64,000 nucleotides of DNA from Octopus vulgaris. Its lineage: Eukaryota. Where the stretch lies: positions 5,022,001-5,086,000 of the forward strand of contig OX597832.1 in assembly GCA_951406725.2 (NCBI GenBank), given 5' to 3'. A program made the translations under genes and the position numbers. The first letter of the stretch is position 1; every line of letters begins with the position of its first letter. Shown here one piece after another: positions 11,808 through 25,217 of the stretch. The notes below the pieces were generated by a model. That model saw only the letters and a program-made list of their open reading frames with translations, had not been told where the DNA came from and did no database searches.

Positions 11808-12153
11808 AGCCATCTATGTATCATACTTAATGTAAACACATCACTGAAAGGCAAGTTTACTGCAGTATACACTGAAGATAACATTTCTTATGGATATGCT
11901 GTGTTTAAAAAACATAATAAATATCAGACAGAGAAAATCATCCTAGCAGCAGCTACGAGAGCACACCACTGTCAAGGCCCAATGAAGCTGAAATGCGTCT
12001 GGCATTCTCATGAGCCACTGCTGGACCAATCTTCAGCTTCTTCCAATATAATGATTTTTAAACACAGCATGTTCATAAGATGTTGTCTCCAGACAAATAC
12101 TGCAGTAAATTTGCCTTTCAACGATGTATTTATGTTCAGTATGATAAATGGCT
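11808..12153. repeat. Inverted repeat, about 105-bp arms, in TAF9 intron 5
   Basis: TGAAAGGCAAGTTTACTGCAGTAT...ATGCTGTGTTTAAAAA mirrored by TTTTTAAACACAGCAT...ATACTGCAGTAAATTTGCCTTTCA. Confidence 0.8.
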
Positions 12154-13712
12154 ACAAAAATAAATAATTTCATCAACACTTAGCATTCTTATTTTCCAAC
12201 TCATGCCAGCATGGAAAAAGGATGATGATGATGTGTAAAGCTAATCTTACATATCTACATTTTTCTATTTCAGACATTGTTTAGCATGGAAAACGGACGC
12301 TAAACGATGATGATGAACATATATTTTATTTTACCATTTTTTAGTTCTAGAAGGGTTCAATATTTGATATCTTTAGATAAAATAGTTTACTTTTCAATAC
12401 TGTCTCTTAATTAAATAAAAATCATCTCAATTCATTTAATTTTCAACCATTGTCTTTCAATTCTGAGGTAATAAAAAATAAATCAGCTTTTATATAATTG
12501 TTTCATTCTCTTAATAGAAACAAATGTTTCTAAGTAAACCACTTTTCAAAATTGGTATCATGTTTGGAATTCCTATATTTCAGTACAGCATCCCCAAATA
12601 TATATGAGACAACCAGAATTAGAATCTGTTTGACAGAATTGTAGTACAAAAGTTCAACCTTTTCCATACACTGTGTCATGTCATACTGATTGTGTTTGAG
12701 AATAACATTTAGAGAGCAAGTGCTGCAGCTGGTCAAACAACTGAACACACCTGATTGGAGACTGGCCAAGGTTTATTTTTTGCACACACATGCACATGTG
12801 TGTCAGTATGTCTATGTCACCTTGTCATGACATCACACCTACTGTGAACATCACTAGCATGATGTTGTTCTTGTTCTTTGCAGTCTCCCGTGGAAACCTG
12901 TCTGGCCAGTGTGCTGTTTGTTACCGGATGGGATTAGGGGAAAATATTACATTGCTCGAGAAACAGATCAGGGTTGGCAACAGGAAGAACACACAGTCAG
13001 AGGAAAATATGCCTCATCAAATTTTGTCCGACTCATGCAAGCAGGGAAAAGTGAAGATTAAAAGATAATGATGATGTGTTAATCTTATGATAAAGCCACA
13101 ACAAAAATTAAACATCCTCTATCCTAAAATTCATGCATAAATGGTGGCACCAGATAAACAATGCAACATGCAGATTGGTAGGATTTATCCCAAAACATCC
13201 CAAACCGGCAGTCTAAGTTTTAATAGAAATAAAAACTAGTCAATCTTCCTTCCAGGTTACGGAGAGCGATTTGACTTAATCTTAAGGTCTAGTTTTAATA
13301 CATCTAAATATGTGGCTGTAACATGATGTAATCTCTGAAATCAGCACATTCGAAAACCTCTAAGCTTCTGTGCCTGTGACATCATATTATCAGGGTGATA
13401 ATAGGAGACTGAACAGGGAACTCATGATGGGGAGGAGGTGTGAGATTGTTGTCATGGGTGTGGTGGATGGCATGAGTTGGTTCACTTGATCCTGCATCCA
13501 GTAACTTCCAGTCACAGAGACCATCATTGGTGCCAAGGGGAGCTTTGCTGATTGGCTTGATTCTTTGAGGTATCCACCAAAATGTGGGAGTTGTTTTGCT
13601 GTCTGTTTGGTATTTTAGATTTTCTTTGTGGTTTGCTTCATTCCCAGTCACCTGGTATGTATTCTGTACACACACACAAAATCATTTTGCATTTTAGAGA
13701 AGGAGTACTTAC

Positions 13713-13874
13713 CGCCTGTAGTAATCCTTATTGTTGGTTTCTGACTGATTGTTGTACTTGAGGAAGACACAGGTTTACTAACAATAGTAACTGTTGGCAA
13801 ACTGACTCCCTTTGTTACCACAGTCAAAGTAGGATTCCCTGAGCCTGATAGGCCAATACTAGATCCTAATTTTC
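13713..13874 (-). CDS. TAF9: TAF9 coding exon 5
   Basis: TTTCAG acceptor; (G)KLGSSIGLSGSGNPTLTVVTKGVSLPTVTIVSKPVSSSSTTISQKPTIRITTG; G|GTAAGT donor; S/T-rich like other TAF9 C-terminal regions. Confidence 0.87.
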
Positions 13875-14187
13875 CTGAAATATACAAAAATAAAATCATA
13901 TTAAGATCATTATTCCCATTACCGTTATTTCATTTACTTTGTTGTATATCTATTTTACTTTCTTAGCTTAATCCTACAGAGAATATCTTTTATCTTTAAC
14001 TTGTTCCAGTCATTTGACTGTGGCCATGCTGGGACACCACCTTGTAGGGTTTTAGTTGAACAAATCAATCCCAGGACTTATTTTCTTATAAGTATAGTAC
14101 TTTTCTATTGGTCTATTTTTCCAAACCATTAAGTTAAGGAGATGTAAATACACCAACACCAATAGTCAAAATGCATGCACACATACA

Positions 14188-14408
14188 TACAAGGGTATGC
14201 TGAAAAAGTTCCTGCCTTTAAGGGTGTTGCAAAAGGCCTGGTTGAAGGTCCAACCATCTGAGTTCTTTTACAGGGCTTAGAAAAACTGAAGGACCACTGC
14301 AATACGTGTGTGAATTTGAGAGGGGAATATGTTGAATAAAATCATAATTAACTGACCCTCCTATATTTTCTTTTAGTCAAAAGTAGGAACTTTTCAACAA
14401 CCCCTTAT
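14188..14408. mobile_element. Mariner-type MITE inserted in a SINE (related copies about 23003-23225 and 50298-50500)
   Basis: Imperfect TIRs GCTGAAAAGTTCCT / AGGAACTTTTCA(G/A)C with TA flanks; shared internal sequence among three copies. Confidence 0.6.
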
Positions 14409-15644
14409 GTGTGTATGTATATATATATAGATTTTTCAGTTTCCGTCAACTAAATCTACTCACAAGGCATTGGTTGGCCTGATGTTATAGTAGAAGACAT
14501 TTGCCCAAGATGCCACACAGCAGGACTGAACCTGGAATTGTGGTTGAGAAGCAAGCTTTTTACCACACAGCCACACAATATGTCTAACATGAATTCATAT
14601 CACTTTCCTGTATAAGATTTATCCTCATTTTGCATTATATTCTATGTCTATTCTTTCTCTTATATTCACATTGTTACCATGAGCATGTACTCTCACCATC
14701 TCCTCTCTCCAGCTGGGGAAGCCTTGTATCTGCTTTTCAGCAAGACACCTCTTCCTGTCAGCTATCATACTTTTACTACCTTAAATACTATACTTCATTC
14801 AGTTGAAGGGTTTTGTTTAGTGAGTACTTAGCAACTTCACTGGTGCTGGTACCATGAAAAACAAAAGCACCCAGTAAACTCTATAAGGTGGCTGGCATTA
14901 GGAAGGGCTTCAAGCTGTAGAAACTCTGTCCAAGCAGAAATTGGAGTTTGATGTAGTCCTCTAGCTTGTCAGTTCCTATTGAAGCACTCAAATCATGCCA
15001 GTATAAAAAAAGAGACAATGATGATGATGTCTGTACCAATGTAATTGGTGCACACTCAGATGGTGCTTATTTCTAAATGATTTCATTGAATAAGTTAAAA
15101 CTATAATTTATATCTCATAACTATAAAACAAATGCCCAGGAAGTGATTATTCCTTACAATTGTCATACTTGTGTAAAATACAACTTTTAGATTAAGTTTT
15201 CAACTTTAGTTTCCTAAACAGTCAAAGCAAATATAAAATATAACAAATCTATTGACTTCTCTCTGCTTCAAACCAAAATGTTTTAAACCTTCAGGTATGA
15301 ATTTAACAGTGTTTTTTTTTTTACTAGTTCTAAGTCTCATTCACACAATTTATAACTGTTAGAGACTTAATGGAAAGTACATTACTATTTTTAGTTAAGA
15401 AATAAAACTTTGAAGTTCAAATTCATTCTACAACTAAGGAAATACCAAAAAGAGACACATAATAACTGGAGATGAAACAGAGTGAAGGGTGGTGCAGATA
15501 TAAATACTGCAAATATAAAATATTGAGGTTTGAGCAATTATAATTGTAATAATGCTTTTAGAGATTGAGGATTCTCTGTTGTGTTATGAGGTACTGCATT
15601 TTCTGACATAAGAGCTGTGATTTTTTACCAAAAATTTCCCCCAA

Positions 15645-15690
15645 GACACCTGATGAAGGCTGGAGGATATATCAGTAAAAACATTGTGTT
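15645..15690 (+). ncRNA. Degenerate hammerhead motif (antisense to TAF9)
   Basis: gacac-CTGATGA-aggctg...cagta-AAAA-c-ATT-gtgtt; stem I intact, GAAA and stem III decayed. Confidence 0.4.
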
Positions 15691-16900
15691 AACAACAAAC
15701 AAGATGAGGACAAATATCCGTCAAATGTAAATAATGTAAATCAACCCCAGGACTTATATTTTTAAGCCTAGTACTTATTCTTTCAGTCTCTTTTGCTCAA
15801 GTTACGAGGACATAAAGACACCAAGTGGGGGAACAGACAGAGATGCAAAGACACATACACACAGACATATATGCATGACAGGCTTCATTCAATTTCCATT
15901 TACCAAATTCACTGACAAGGCTTTGGTCAGCCTGAGACTGTAGTAGAAGAAATTTGCCATGCAGTAGGAATTAACCTGGAACTATGTGGTTGGGAAGCAA
16001 GCTTCTTACCACAAAGCCACATCTGCTTCCATTAATGTTAATGGTAAGTAACATAGCCTGCCATAAATACCCCACCAAAGGGTGCCAGTCTAAATTTTCA
16101 TGGTTCCTATATATAAAAGTGTGCAAGATATTCACCTCAGGGATTCAGGTTAACTCCAGCGAGGCAGTTAAGTCTACTACAATTGGAGTGTGTCTTACAT
16201 GCCCAAAAATATGGTAAATAATTCAAAGACATGACAATAGTTTGTCAAGGAGCACTTACTGAAGGCTCAACACTATTCTTTTATTTGTTTCAGTCATTTG
16301 ACTGTGGCCATGCTGGAGCACCGCCTAAAGGGTTTTAGTCAAAGAAATTGATCCCAGGACACTTATTCTTTCGTTCTTTTTTTGCCGAACTGCTAAGTTA
16401 CAGGGACATAAACAAACCAGCATTGGCACTAAGATTAGTTAAGAGGCTGTCTTGTTGAAATGTAAATTTCTAGATATAAAAAATTCATTTTATCATTAAA
16501 GCAAATCCTTCATGGCTAATTTTTTCTCCTGTCAAAAAACATGTGTATATAACAATGAAATATAGTGCAACCTGAGTTTAATTCATTCCTGAAGGTTGTT
16601 CCTGACGTAAAATGTTCATAAATTGAAACTATTTTTCCCATCAGAAATTCATAAGAAGGCATGGCAAACTGAAGCAGGGATGTGCACTGAGTGAAAGCCA
16701 GACATCAACTAATGCTCTCTTGCTGATACTCCCAGCCCGTTGCAAACTGTTGTTGCCAAGTTGCGCATTGGTTACTTCCGGCACTATTTGTCACCCAAGA
16801 CATTTTATGTTTGAAAAAATTGTTTGTAAACCAATTTGTAGTAGAAGCATTTGTTAAACAAGGATCAACTTTATCTAATAGGATTCATAGTAATACTCAC

Positions 16901-16994
16901 CAGATATATTCTGTTGTAGTGGTGTTAAACTAATTCTTTGTGATGGAAGTGTTGTAGAATATTGATTTACAGGAAGATTCATAGGTAGTTTGTG
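16901..16994 (-). CDS. TAF9: TAF9 coding exon 4
   Basis: TTTTTAG acceptor; HKLPMNLPVNQYSTTLPSQRISLTPLQQNIS; G|GTGAGT donor. The 94 nt bridge phase 0 (exon 3) to phase 1 (exon 5). Confidence 0.82.
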
Positions 16995-18105
16995 CTAAAA
17001 AATAAAATTCATATAACAGTTTTAGCAATGTTGAATGGCAATGTTGTGCTTAAGTTATACATTTATCATAATTTTTCTTAACATTTTACAGCTGTAGAGA
17101 TTTTAAGGCCAGATGCCCTTCTATTACCAACTGTCACCTGTTTCCAAGCAAGGTAATATTTACCCATGGCCAAACATGTTCTTGCAGTACATTAGTAATG
17201 AATGAGTGACAACCATTTTACAACTATCATGTGATATCAAGACACAGGGACATTTGCGTGTGTGTGTATATATATATATATAAATGTCAACCACTTTACA
17301 GTGTGAACCAATGCTTTTAATGTGGCATCAGTACATGTACATATATGTGCACACACACACATATATATATATATTATGATGATGATATATATATATATAC
17401 ATACACACACACACACACACACATAAGATGGACTCTCCAGTCATAAACGACAGATAAGGGTTCCACTTCTTGCCGAACCATCTGCATAGATGATATGTTT
17501 ATCATGATCAAATGCTTTTGCTGTATAGTAACTCACTCTCTCCATCAAATCTACATTGCCTGTATAGGTGCACAGTATGCCACATGTCAGATGTCGAAGT
17601 AATCACAGAGCAATATGAAATGAAGTGTTTTGCTCAAGAGAACAATCCACAGCTGGTCTAGTAATTGAAACCACAATCTTGCAATTGTGAGTATAACATC
17701 TTAACCTTTATGCCAAACAACTTCCCACATGGCTTAGTGGTTAGGGTTTGTGTGTGTGTATACATTCTGTTCTGGCATGATTTCTACCCTTCCTATTGCC
17801 AACCACCTTACAAGAGTGTATTGGGTGCTTTTTATGTGGCACCATCATCACTTTATATATATATATATACACACACGTATACTTGATACCTCTCTTTCAG
17901 TTGTCATCTACCAATATCCACTGACAAAGGCTTTGGTTGCCCTGGAACAATAATCAGAGACACCTGCCTAATGTACTATGCATTGGGATTAAACCTGAAA
18001 CCATGTGGCTTGGAAGCAAACCACACAGCCAGTCCATTGCTTTTAATACTTGGAAAATAATTTACATGCAAGAATTAGAATAACAAAAATGAAAGAAATT
18101 CTTAC

Positions 18106-18237
18106 CTTTTTAGTACTTTTTAGCTTATAATTAGGTGCAGTCAAACAATATCTATCTGGTGGAAGTCTGGGACCTGAGTATGGTTTGATCAAAGGCAGAG
18201 GCTGTGAATTTTTGGTACGAACAATTTCCATGAGTAA
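18106..18237 (-). CDS. TAF9: TAF9 coding exon 3
   Basis: TTTCAG acceptor; [44 protein letters not shown] (conserved [16 protein letters not shown]); GTAAG donor; 132 nt. Confidence 0.96.
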
Positions 18238-18335
18238 CTGAAAAGAAAAAGAACACAAAAAATTAGCAAGTTTAGATTCATCCAACCCATGCAAGCATAG
18301 GAAAATAAAAGTACACGATGATGATACATACACAT

Positions 18336-19691
18336 TAGGGTAGAGGAAAAAATGCAGCTTTCGAAACTGGTAACCAAGAATCGATATTTTGTTGCAAATT
18401 AAGGTTAAAAGAAAGGTGTATAAAGAACTTTGTGGTTAAATATTCTTTTCAGGCTCTGCAACGCAATCGCAATTTTTGATCGAATTTTGGATTTCATGGA
18501 TTATTAGTCATTATGAATACATATTTCTACATTGCAGAATGCAAAACAGTAAATATGGTATCCGTAAGAGGTTGTATACCAAGTTTCAATGCAATTGACT
18601 AACATCTTGAGGTTCCACATTGACAATAAAGAGAATGGAAATGTGAACTTCTCTCCAGTGCCACAGCAACGGTCATTGCATGTGGATGAACGTTTTCTGC
18701 TTTGTACCTTGATTTTAGGCCACTGATCATGTTAAATTTAGTGTTGTTTACATTTAGTGATGACGCATAAGCCAATAATGTGTCATGATATTGAATGCCC
18801 AATATTTGGTACTCCATGTGATCTTAGCGAGTAAGTTTTGCCAACTTACAAAGACGGACTAAAATGTGTTTTATTTGAACAAGAAAAGAATGCAGTTAAA
18901 AAAGATCCATCAACTAAACAAATTGTCAAGATTGTAGCAAAAAAGATAATTCTTCTTTGGCAAAAGGTATCCATTCCTTGTGTTACAATTGAATCAGTTA
19001 AACTGAAAATCTTAAACTTTTATCTAAAGTACCAAGCATTACTAAAATCTGTGAAAAATAGTAAAAATGTACCATCGTTTCAAACTAAGTGTAATGTGTT
19101 TAAAAACAATGCAACAAAAGGTTTGACATTTCCTGTTGCAATTGCAGCTCTTTTAAAAACTGGAATTATTTTGAATAAATTAGAAATGTTAATTATTTTT
19201 ATCACCAAAATGTGTCAAGAATAAAAAAATTGGTTTATAGGTAATTTTATTTTAATGTGTGTGTAATCTAGACCTCGTGTAACACATATATTCAGTGACC
19301 TAGTATTAAAAATAAAGAAAACAAAGTCGAAAAGTTTATTCATTTCATATAATTTCTAATTTTCAAGTGCAATGCAGATCCTGGAGATATAAATTTTAGA
19401 GCTTGAGATTTTAACACTTGTTATTAAAGGATTTTTGAAAAGACAAAAAAAAAAAAAAATCGATTCGTAACAATGAAAGTAAAAAATAAAATGATGAATA
19501 GCAAACATGTTATAAATTGATTTTTTGCTCATTATTCAAAATTTCAAGTGGACTGCAGAGCCTGAAGATGTAAATTTAAGAACTTCAGATTTTAACGCCG
19601 TAATTTTTAAAGGATTTCGCAATAAAAAAATATATTCTTGAAAATATATTTCGAAAATCTGTGTAAAAAGTACCTTTTTCACTCCACCCTA
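18336..19691 (+). mobile_element. hAT-superfamily DNA transposon relic (hATm-like), internally deleted
   Basis: Imperfect TIRs TAGGGTAGAGGAAAAAA / TTTTTCACTCCACCCTA; 8-bp TSD ATACACAT/ATACATAT; degenerate ORF 18838-19224 (LPT...IILLWQKVSIPCVT..VKLKI). Subgroup assignment is inference. Confidence 0.65.
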
Positions 19692-19888
19692 ATACATATG
19701 GATAAATATAAATGTTTACATATGAAACACATAAATGTGTGTATAAATATGCAACATATACAGACATGAAATATGAATGCATATATAAACACATATACAT
19801 ATATCAATACAGCATTATCACCATTTTATACCTGCTTTGTACATTCTATGTTTGGCATGGCTTCTACGGCTGGATGCCCTTCTTAACA

Positions 19889-20117
19889 TTAACCCTTTCG
19901 TTACTGTATTTATTTTGAGATGCTCTGTATTTCTTTCAATTACTTTAGATATAACAAAGAATTTAGTAAAATAACTTAGTTATCATTAAGCTATTGTTAG
20001 GAACATAAATTGTGACTAAGGTTTCGTGGAAGATTTTAATTCAAAACTTATGAAAACAAGACATTTGTACTACAGAGCCAGAACTGGTTTCAGCCGAGTT
20101 GGTAATGAAAGGGTTAA
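19889..20117. mobile_element. piggyBac-type MITE
   Basis: TTAA-CCCTTTCGTTAC ... GTAATGAAAGGG-TTAA. Confidence 0.8.
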
Positions 20118-20472
20118 GTAACTTGGAGGTGAGAAGGGATGGCTATTAATAAAGGAGAATGTTAGCTGGTGCGACAAGGAGATGGTTAGCAGTATTTAAG
20201 AGTGATGAAGAGATGAATCAGACATGAAAAGATCCAGCACAATCCTTTATTACACACGCATCATAGTGGGAGCAGTAGAAGGGGTTGAGAATGGATGACT
20301 ACAATGCTGAGTGGCAGGGTACAATGAGTAGGAGACAGGGTACTGAGTACTGGAGATATGAGAGAAAATCAAATAGGCAGCAAACCTAGTAGGTACAAAA
20401 TGGGGAGCAGTCCCAGTTGTGTGTACATACCTACATATACATACATTCTAACCTCTACCACTACCGTCATTT

Positions 20473-20717
20473 TAATATTTATCCCCATTTAAATGTGAAT
20501 GTTCTATTAGAACAAACTTTACTGCAGTAGATACCATGAAAGAAACTCTCATATTGGCTTTTGGTGAAAAATGCACTCTTGTTTATATTGCTAGTGATAT
20601 AAACAAGAGTTTGGTGCATTTTGCACCAAAAGCCAATGTGAGAGTTTCTCTCATGGCATTCACTGCAGTATAGTTTGTTCTAATAGAACATCCACACTTA
20701 AGTGAGGATAAATATTA
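20473..20717. repeat. About 245-bp near-perfect palindrome in TAF9 intron 2
   Basis: Centre ATATTG-CTAG-TGATAT at 20585-20600; arms TAATATTTATCC...CTCTTGTTT / AAACAAGAG...GGATAAATATTA. Confidence 0.9.
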
Positions 20718-22034
20718 CCTCTCAGTATTAATACTGCCTCTGTCACTAACATATATGTAATGTTTAGCCATGTTTCCACAGGTAGTCAGATCTTCTCCAG
20801 CTTGTGTCACCAATCATCACATTTCTTTTTTTTTTCTTTGTAATTTCCTGCATAAATAATAGTCTTAAGTTTAACCATCATCACTTTGTCCTATATCTTC
20901 CTCGGTTTTCCTCTTCTGCAGGTTTCATACACTGTCACCCTTTACCAGTTAAACTGACCATATCCAGCCAAAATATTCTACCTGTTTTATGTTCAAACCA
21001 GTCACATCCAACCTCTCACACCTACACTATAATGTCATTCTAAAAATATACAGACACATCATCACAATCTCAAAGTTATGAGATAACGTATGATTAATTC
21101 AAAACAATGTGAATAAATAAGCATTACATTTGACACAATCTGAATATTAAAGGGTTAAGCACCCACCATTTCTTTATGCAACCGTCATCCTCCAAACACA
21201 TCAAAATGTTCATACCAACTAAAGTTTTCTCTTTTGCACATTACATCTGGTTCTTCCTATATCTATTTTCCCTTTCAGCTCATTTGTAGAGCATGCTTAT
21301 CTTATTTCACACATACACACAATTTTCTTTCTAATTCTTTTGTATTTATGGGATGCATATGGCTGCAATGAATTTCCACTAAACAGACTAAATCTTGGTC
21401 TCTTTTCAAAATCCATCCCAACAGTCTTTCCCCTATATTTTTCATGGCTTCTCTCACATTTACTGCCACCTACTGTCCAGCTGGGTACATCTCAAACAAA
21501 ACTTCCATCCCATCTACAGATGTGTCCCAATCATCATCATCATGACAGTTATATAAAGTTTGTATTACATTAACCATCGCCCTCACTCTCTTGCAAAATA
21601 ATTCCTATTATTCTATGCAACAGTTTATTTTAGCATCATATGTAGAGGTACTGTGCCAAGATAAATATCTACAAAATAATGTTAATTTTTACTGAGGATA
21701 TATAAGTTTCTGTATTGGTGTGTTGAGAGACAGCTGGATTTTCTGATAAATGTTAATATGCTCAATGTTTTTTTTTAAATGCTTTCTACAAACTCCAAAC
21801 CAAGTCCCAAAGTACTTGGAACTATGGCTGCATACACACATACACACACAGAAAGGATATTTGTTCTGCACTGAGTTACAGACATTCCCCTGTCACTCTT
21901 GCCATCAAAAATGCAATAAACAGTGATTAGCTAGTTGGAATCCTATAGATGCAACAACAATAAAAATAAAATCATCTTCCTTATAAATATAAGGCTGCAA
22001 TTGATATTGTAAAGAACAGTTTCAAGTAACTTAC

Positions 22035-22171
22035 GTCTCGAGGTGGAGGAGTTGTAAATGTGTGATCCATCCGGCACTGGATAGCCAGACGAACATCATC
22101 ACCATCAATATTTTTTTTACTTGCATGGGAAGAATAGACTTTTGAATCGTCAAGGACATCAGTAACATATC
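22035..22171 (-). CDS. TAF9: TAF9 coding exon 2
   Basis: TTTTAG acceptor; (R)[45 protein letters not shown]; GTAAGT donor; phase fits exon 1. Confidence 0.96.
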
Positions 22172-25100
22172 CTAAAATGAAAACAATGACACATTCTTAA
22201 AAAATTCTTTAATATCTGCAGACAAATGTCTTAAGGTTAAAAAAAAAAAAAAAAAGGTGGACAGATGGGAATTCTGGGTGCAAGACAACTCATCATCAGG
22301 AAAATTGATTAATAAATAATTTATTTGTTTTATAACTTTGTGTTACATTAACCATCTCCCTCACTCTCTTGCATTGAGTTGTCCCTATTCGGGGAATTCC
22401 AGAAAGCTGCAGTTGTAGAAAGAAGGCTTGAGTGGAAGAACTATATAGCCAGCTAGTTTAGAGCATTAAACAAGTGCCACTATATCTCAGAACAGGAGTC
22501 AGAAAAATTAGTTTTTCATTAAGTTCTAAAATTATAATATTAAATGAGCTTAAGGCGGTGAGCTGGCAGAAGCATTAGCAATCTGGGCAAAATGCTCAGT
22601 GGCATTTTGTCCGTCTTCACGTTCCGAGTTCAAATTCTGCCAAGGTCAACTTTGCCTTTCACCTTTAGAAGGTTGATCAAAGAAGTACTAGTTGAACTCT
22701 GGAGTCGATATTATTATCATCACCATCTTTTAACATCCATTATCCATGCTGGCATGGGTTGGACGCCCTCCTCATTTTATTGTGAATCTCAACAAAATAC
22801 AGATCAGCAGATAATCAATGAAAGGCATACAATCATGACACTGGCTCAATCTTTGTCAGATTCAGTGATTTGTCCTGCTTGGTGTGCTCACCATGAATTA
22901 TTGAAGAATTCTCACATGTACCCAGGGTGAAACCCTATTCAAAGTAAGTCTAACATTTTCCCTCAATTTTTACTTGCTGTTCGCAGTGTGTACCTCTTAT
23001 AATTACAATGGATTACTGACAAGTTCCTGGCTTTGGGTAAAAGAAAATACAGGAGGATCAGTTAATTATGACGTTATTCAACGTTTCCTTTTTGAAATTC
23101 ACATTCTTACTGCAGTGGTCCTTTAGTTTTTCTTAGCCCAGTGTAAAAAAACTCAGAAAGTTGGGCCTTCAGCAAGGCCCTTCACCACTCCCTTAAAGTC
23201 AGGAACTTTCCAGCACCCACCTCACACGAAATGCTTTATTGAAATAAACTTTTTGAATCATTAACCATTCCATATCATAACTTGTGTTATTCTGTATATA
23301 AATGCATACAACCATTAAGTAACAGTATTCATTAAAAACACTATCTTCTGTTGTATAAACCTATAAATACCACAGACGATAACACGTATGTTTTTCAAAA
23401 CAATTAATTCATTGTACACATGTTAAAATGTTTGAAATAATATATGGATATGCAAAACATTAATTGTTGGATCATTTATGTTTAGAAACGCAGCCTCTTT
23501 TAATTATTATGACCAACCCAAGTTCCTCTTCGTAAGCTATCGAATAGGAGGAGGACTTTTCACACGCGTTGTATGATAACACACTTGCTCTAAGGGACAT
23601 AAATGAACTACTTGACAACTGTGTTCCAGCGTAATTGTCGCCTCTTCAGTAATAGGCATCACCCGGCTCTTTTAAGAGATAGAGCCGTGCCGTGGTAGAT
23701 ATCAGCAAACAAAATATTTGCTGATGCGTGCGATGGATACATCTGTAAATTCTAGCCCACGAGAAAACCCCTAAAAAGAAAAACGTTTTCATTAAATCGT
23801 TTAACAAGCACGAATATATATGTATACAGATAATTTGTAGAATTACTTTTCTTCGTACACCGGCGAGGGAGTGAATGCCTCTCCCCCTTGATAATAATAT
23901 ATTGCTTAATTTTTATTCCAATTGACATGTACACGAGAGAGTAAAATATATTATCGGAATTCAGGAGCTCAGCACTGACAATAGTTAATTTATAATTAGG
24001 TAAATTTTTATAATTTCCAAAATGTATTATGAAGCACGCCATCATCGGATTTACATCAACAAATGATTAAGCATATTGAATATCTTTAAAAAATTTTAAA
24101 TACGTTACAAAAGAAGATGACGCAATTTAAAAAAAAAATCAAAATAGCTATATTTTAATCCCGAGAAGCCTTCGAACATACAGAATAGTAAATATTGTGA
24201 GAGTATTAGAAAAGAAAAAATACAAATGGATCCGAGTCATTAATTTTCAAAATGGAAGTGAAGACAACTACCATTAATAGTAAATATTTTGTTCGGGCAC
24301 TGAACCTGGATAAATTCAATACAGAAAGTGAAAGAGTATACCAGTAACACTTTCATTATTTCGTACAAAACAGAACAGGACCAATTATACGGCAAACATG
24401 GGACGGAAGTGACTGGGATTTCTTAATTTTTCCCCCCGATTTTCTGGAGACGGTCTAAATAGATACTTAAATATAAAATAAATTATAAAAAGTAAAGATC
24501 TAAATTGTATTTAATAGATTCAAATAAATACACTTCTAAAGCAGGGTACGTTTGATATTCATAAAACCATTTAAAATTCTTTAAATACATCATACTGTAG
24601 AATGTATAAGGTAGGTTTATAAGGTGAAAATTAAATGAAGAACATTTTATTTAAACAAATACAGGTACAAATTAATACACTTTTTAAGCAGAGTAAGTCT
24701 GATCTTTATCACTCAATTAAAAAAGAACAAAACTATTTTAACACAGTATATACAAATTAACAAACTTCAAAAACAACGTCTGTTACTCAATACAGGGTAA
24801 AATACATTACACGGTATTTTCACAGTTTTCCTAGATATGTGAAAGCTAGATAAGAGGTCCATTTCTGTATTAACAGAATAACAAGTCTAAATATATGCTA
24901 TGAGAGCTGTCTTTCTATCAGGAATAAAAAAAAATATGCTTTTCGATTGTAAACAACACGCAAACCGGGCAAAATATTACGTCTACTAACAGATATACTC
25001 TAGCTTATTGAATTTATGGGCAGTATATATATAAAAAACAATTTTCAAATACAATTCGAAATACAATATAATTATTTATGCAGGAAAAACACAATAAAAT

Positions 25101-25217
25101 ATAAGTCTATCGTTAGTCTAGTGGCGCCAAAACAAACACAGTAGATTGGAATAGAGAAAAACGAAAGGCGCATGACGGATAAAAAGGAAGTTTTAGAATA
25201 AATCGAACATTACATAC

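Noticed and set aside
23755-23780. AAACCCCTAAAA as a telomerase RNA template; GAAAAGTCCTC (minus, about 23551-23561) as RNase MRP/P CR-I
   Set aside because: The template for TTAGGG should read CTAACCCTAA, and no matching CR-V or H/ACA architecture was found. The region is kept only as an unclassified structured element.
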